Source: Octopus bimaculoides (Eukaryota). Taken from it: 37,032 bases of DNA. The notes under the pieces are model-generated. The model was not told the origin of the DNA. It searched no databases and saw only the letters and a program-made list of their open reading frames with translations. The position numbers and the translations under genes were made by a program. The DNA lies in contig NC_068989.1 of the NCBI RefSeq assembly GCF_001194135.2, positions 76,143,211 through 76,180,242 of the forward strand. The letters are read 5' to 3'. This document shows positions 33,389-37,032 of the stretch, in pieces (within the stretch, counting starts at the first letter, position 1; each line of letters opens with the position of its first letter).

Positions 33389-33773
33389 TGTTGTTGGCAC
33401 TCCGTCGCTTACGACGTCGAGGGTTCCAGTTGATCCGATCAACTGAACAGCCTGCTCGTGAAATTAACGTGCAAGTGGCTGAGCATTCCACAGACACGTG
33501 TACCCTTAACGTAGTTCTCGGGGATATTCAGCGTGACACAGTGTGACAAGGCTGACCCTTTGAATTTCAGGCACAACAGAAACAGGAAGTAAGAATGAGA
33601 GAAAGTTGTGGTGGAAGAGTACGGCAGGGTTCGCCACCATCCCCTGCCAGAGCCTCTTGGAACTTTAGGTGCTTTCGCTCAATAAACACTCACAACGCCC
33701 GGTCTGGGAATCGAAACCGCGATCCTGTGACCGCGAGACCGCTGCCCTAACCACTGGGCCATTGCACCTCCAC
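33389..33773 (-). mobile_element. Full-length tRNA-derived SINE, family 2, with a perfect 14-bp target-site duplication
   Basis: A box TGGCCCAGTGG (33751-33761, minus) and B box GGTTTCGATTCCC (33706-33718, minus). TSD aatacattatgcac at 33375-33388 and 33774-33787. Confidence 0.93.
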
Positions 33774-34224
33774 AATACATTATGCACACAGTAATCATTG
33801 CTCAGGCTTATGCTTAAAGATATTCCGTTACTGACCATCTTATAGAAAAAAGAAATCCTGATACAAAGTATCTAAGACTGCATCATCCAGTGAGTTAGTC
33901 TTTCCATAAGATTGTGACCTGAGGGAGATTTAGTTACTATTTCTAGCAAGATCGATCGACCACATAAGATACACTGTAGGGAGTGAATTCGAAATGTGTG
34001 ATGTTAAATTCTTCATTTGTCTTTCATAGCTGGGCGTTAGTTCTATATACACAATAAAATAACTACAATCATATATTTAATGTGGGGGAATGCCTAATTA
34101 AAACGCCCCTTATTCTAAGGGACTAATTAAAGGTGAAGGCGTGTAATCAGGGGCACTAATTCCCTGTATTATCATAGGTCTGGCACTATATTTAAGAACA
34201 ATGACTTTGTGAAGTCTGAAAAAA

Positions 34225-34400
34225 GTATTAATGCACACGCACACTCGTACACCCACACACAATACACACACACACATGCACACACACATACACACACACG
34301 CTCACACACACATATGTGTACATATATATATACATGTACATATGTATATATACATATATATATCTATCTGTGCATACATAGATATATTTACACCTATCTA

Positions 34401-34431
<31 letters not shown>

Positions 34432-34579
34432 ATCTATCTATCTATCTGTCTATCTATCTAGCTGTTTGTCTGTCTGTCTGTCTGTGCATGTATGTATGTA
34501 TGTATGTATGTTTGCATGTATGTATGTATCTATGCAAATGCATAAGTATATACATACATACACACATGTATGTATATAT

Positions 34580-34615
<36 letters not shown>

Positions 34616-34805
34616 ACACATATACATATATACACAAATGTGGGTCTGCCTCGTGTACCTGTGTATATGTGTACCTCTGTGCATCTGTGTGCGTGTGTGT
34701 GCGTGTGTGTGTTTGTGTGTATGTGTGTGTGTGTGTGTGTGTGTTCGTGCGTGTTCTACAGAAATACGCCCATACATGCTGTCATTTATAAACCAATTAC
34801 TTTAT

Positions 34806-34877
<72 letters not shown>

Positions 34878-34885
34878 TTATATAT
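34225..34885. repeat. Long compound microsatellite block (CA, TA, CTAT, GTCT, ATGT, TG)
   Basis: Direct reading. Confidence 0.93.
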
Positions 34886-35654
34886 GTTTTTCTTTGAGTA
34901 CGGAGTGGGCGAAATGTGTGTTAATTACAGACCTTTGAAATGTCTATGTTGAAGAAACGGTGACGGTTTTAGCACGCAGAACTTAGTATTATTAGTAAGG
35001 AATATAAAGAGAGGCGGGTTGTTCTTGTTGAAATAATCCAATAAGAAGAATAATGGCTAAAAGCAGCAAAATAATCTGTATTTAAGCGTTCAGTGAGTGG
35101 AACGAGGTATGAGAGTGATTCCAAGAAGAAAAATTACAAGCCTTACTCATGGTTAAAATATCAATATAAATGCGGCGATTTGACAGAGTCATTAGCGCAA
35201 GAGATAGAATGCTTCGCAGCATTTGTTTCGTTACTGCGAGTTAAAACCTCACCGAGGTCAATGTTAGTTTAGTTTGTCTCTCTTCTGTTCGGGATTGATC
35301 TAAAATGGCAACGATTCTGACCAGTGGGCAGGTGTTACTCTAAGAATGTCTGACCCGATGTCTTGCAATACTGAACCGGCTGTTAGCGTTCTGAGTTCAA
35401 ATATCGCCATAATCTACTTGTAGGGCAGACCTACTTCGTTGTTCAACTTAACATAACCTCCTGACACCTTGGGTACATTTTATTGCAAGTACTTTGGCCA
35501 AATCTCCGTTATGAGGATAATTTCTTCTCTCGTCTCTGATGGTATCCTGGGACCACTGTTGCGACATACAGTATGTCTTGGGCAATTTCAGTTCTGGAGA
35601 AGCCTATCGCTCTTCAGGTCTGACCACAATTGAATTTTTTGCTGGAATGACCGA

Positions 35655-35710
35655 GATAGATAGAGAGATAAATAGATAGATAGACAGAGAGATAGATTGA
35701 TTGATTGATT

Positions 35711-35753
<43 letters not shown>

Positions 35754-35915
35754 GGATAGATCGGTAGATAGATAGATAGGTAGATAGGTAGGTAGGTGGG
35801 TAGATAAATAAATAGATAGATTGATAGATAGATAGGTAGACAGATAGATAGATTGATTAAATGATAGATAGATAGATAAAGAGAGAGACAGAGAGTGAGA
35901 GAGAGAAATAAATAT
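35655..35915. repeat. Compound (GATA)n/(GATT)n/(GGTA)n/(GA)n microsatellite
   Basis: Direct reading. Confidence 0.93.
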
Positions 35916-35959
35916 ATAAATAAATAAAGAAAACGAGAGAGAGAAATCGACTCGTGTAC

Positions 35960-36105
35960 AGGATTGGTACTCTATTTACCTACTCCTATAATAAAAGGGA
36001 AAAGTGACCCCTTCGATATTTGAACTCAGAACGCAGAGATGCACACCGATAACCACAAGGCAACCTATCCGACTCCCGAACGAATCTGCCACCTCGTGTT
36101 ACACG
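35960..36105 (-). mobile_element. Decayed SINE family 1 copy
   Basis: gatatttgaactcagaacgc (B-box reverse complement) and gaatctgccacctcg (head reverse complement). Confidence 0.55.
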
Positions 36106-36436
36106 AAGATGAATTATTCTGTGATGTATCGACGGTCCAATGCGTTATGTACTCTTTTAATACCTTTTTATTACTAAATTACCTAATTAAACACTACAGA
36201 TCAGCCGAGTCAACCAAATAAATTAAAAACTACAAATAAGTTTCTTGTTTCTTGCTTGAAATTATGCGATGGTTTTTAGTCGCTAACGGTCTTAAAAACA
36301 TGTAATATAAATTAATAGGCTATAATGAAACTAACCATGCATCGGTCCTCCTTTGAAAAGTGTATAAAGATTAAGGCCTCGTGAAAAGCAAGCAATATTG
36401 TGTCGCATAAAGATTTTAAAGTGCCATTAATGAGAA

Positions 36437-36489
<53 letters not shown>

Positions 36490-36698
36490 TAGAGAGGAAA
36501 ACAGCAAACAAATAAAAGCTTTTTAAATGCTTCTCCTCCAAATACAAATGGATAAGTAAAGATAAGTGATTTAATCAGACATGTCAAAACAAAGTGATGG
36601 AATCTGTGAATGATAAAATATATCAAGACTTGTTTAGCAAGATTCCATATGCATGCATACATATATAGACATACACACCTATACATACATACATACAT

Positions 36699-36930
36699 AC
36701 ACTGCCTAAAAACCAACCTCGAGGAGTTATGCTTCTCAAAATCAGAAAGGAGAAAGCTGATTCGAAGACTACAGATCCTATCCATCATAGGATCTGTAAA
36801 AATTTGTAATACTTTTCAGAAGTTTATCATTTACGTAAAAATGAGCATGTCTAGATATGCCACTATATGCATAAGAATACATACTCGAGTAAATTGTCTT
36901 TTTGATGTAGTTTTGTAGAAGATAGTGTTT
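36699..36930 (+). mobile_element. 5'-truncated REL-LINE tail, family B
   Basis: Reads HCLKTNLEELCFSKSERRKLIRRLQILSIIGSVKICNTFQKFII. The stop of the 24586 copy appears here as TAC (36832-36834). Starts directly after (TACA)n and is followed by TACA/TA repeats. Confidence 0.85.
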
Positions 36931-37032
36931 GTATTATATATATATCTATACATATACATATACATACACATCTATATGCATATGTATGCATATATATACA
37001 TATACATATATATATATATTTATTTACATATA

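Noticed and set aside
33700-33773. tRNA genes at SINE heads (also 2047, 9997, 13659, 22540)
   Set aside because: A/B boxes are present, but there is no closed cloverleaf or acceptor stem, and each continues into a SINE body.
36699-36725. TA-CACTGCC read as a Tc1/mariner terminus
   Set aside because: The sequence translates into the REL-LINE C-terminus, and the 24488 copy extends further upstream in frame, so it is a truncation point rather than a TIR.

Overview
AT-rich, microsatellite-dense eukaryotic DNA with nine N-gaps (about 4.7 kb in total). The SINE families, LINE tails, (TTAGGG)n repeat and microsatellite load suggest an octopus/coleoid cephalopod genome; this is inferred from family recognition, not from a database search. 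Only one host coding segment is well supported: a + strand first coding exon (5005 to 5700 or 5724) of an unidentified, very acidic protein with an 11-unit (Glu-Cys-Pro)n tract. Its downstream exons cannot be fixed from sequence alone. The rest is mostly transposon debris: a decayed full-length Tc1 element, at least three tRNA-derived SINE families, and 5'-truncated tails of three kinds of non-LTR retrotransposon (Tx1/L1-like, RTE-like with C2H2 fingers, and R4/Dong-like restriction-like-endonuclease (REL) elements). There are also a Penelope-like relic with a hammerhead-like core, MITE/fold-back elements and a short interstitial telomeric palindrome. The most notable pattern is that REL-LINE tails abut specific microsatellites: one family (TAA)n, another repeatedly (TACA)n, including a head-to-tail cluster at about 24.1-24.8 kb. 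No rRNA gene, true tRNA gene or CRISPR array is supported. Most ORFs in the supplied track are artefacts of microsatellites or gaps.
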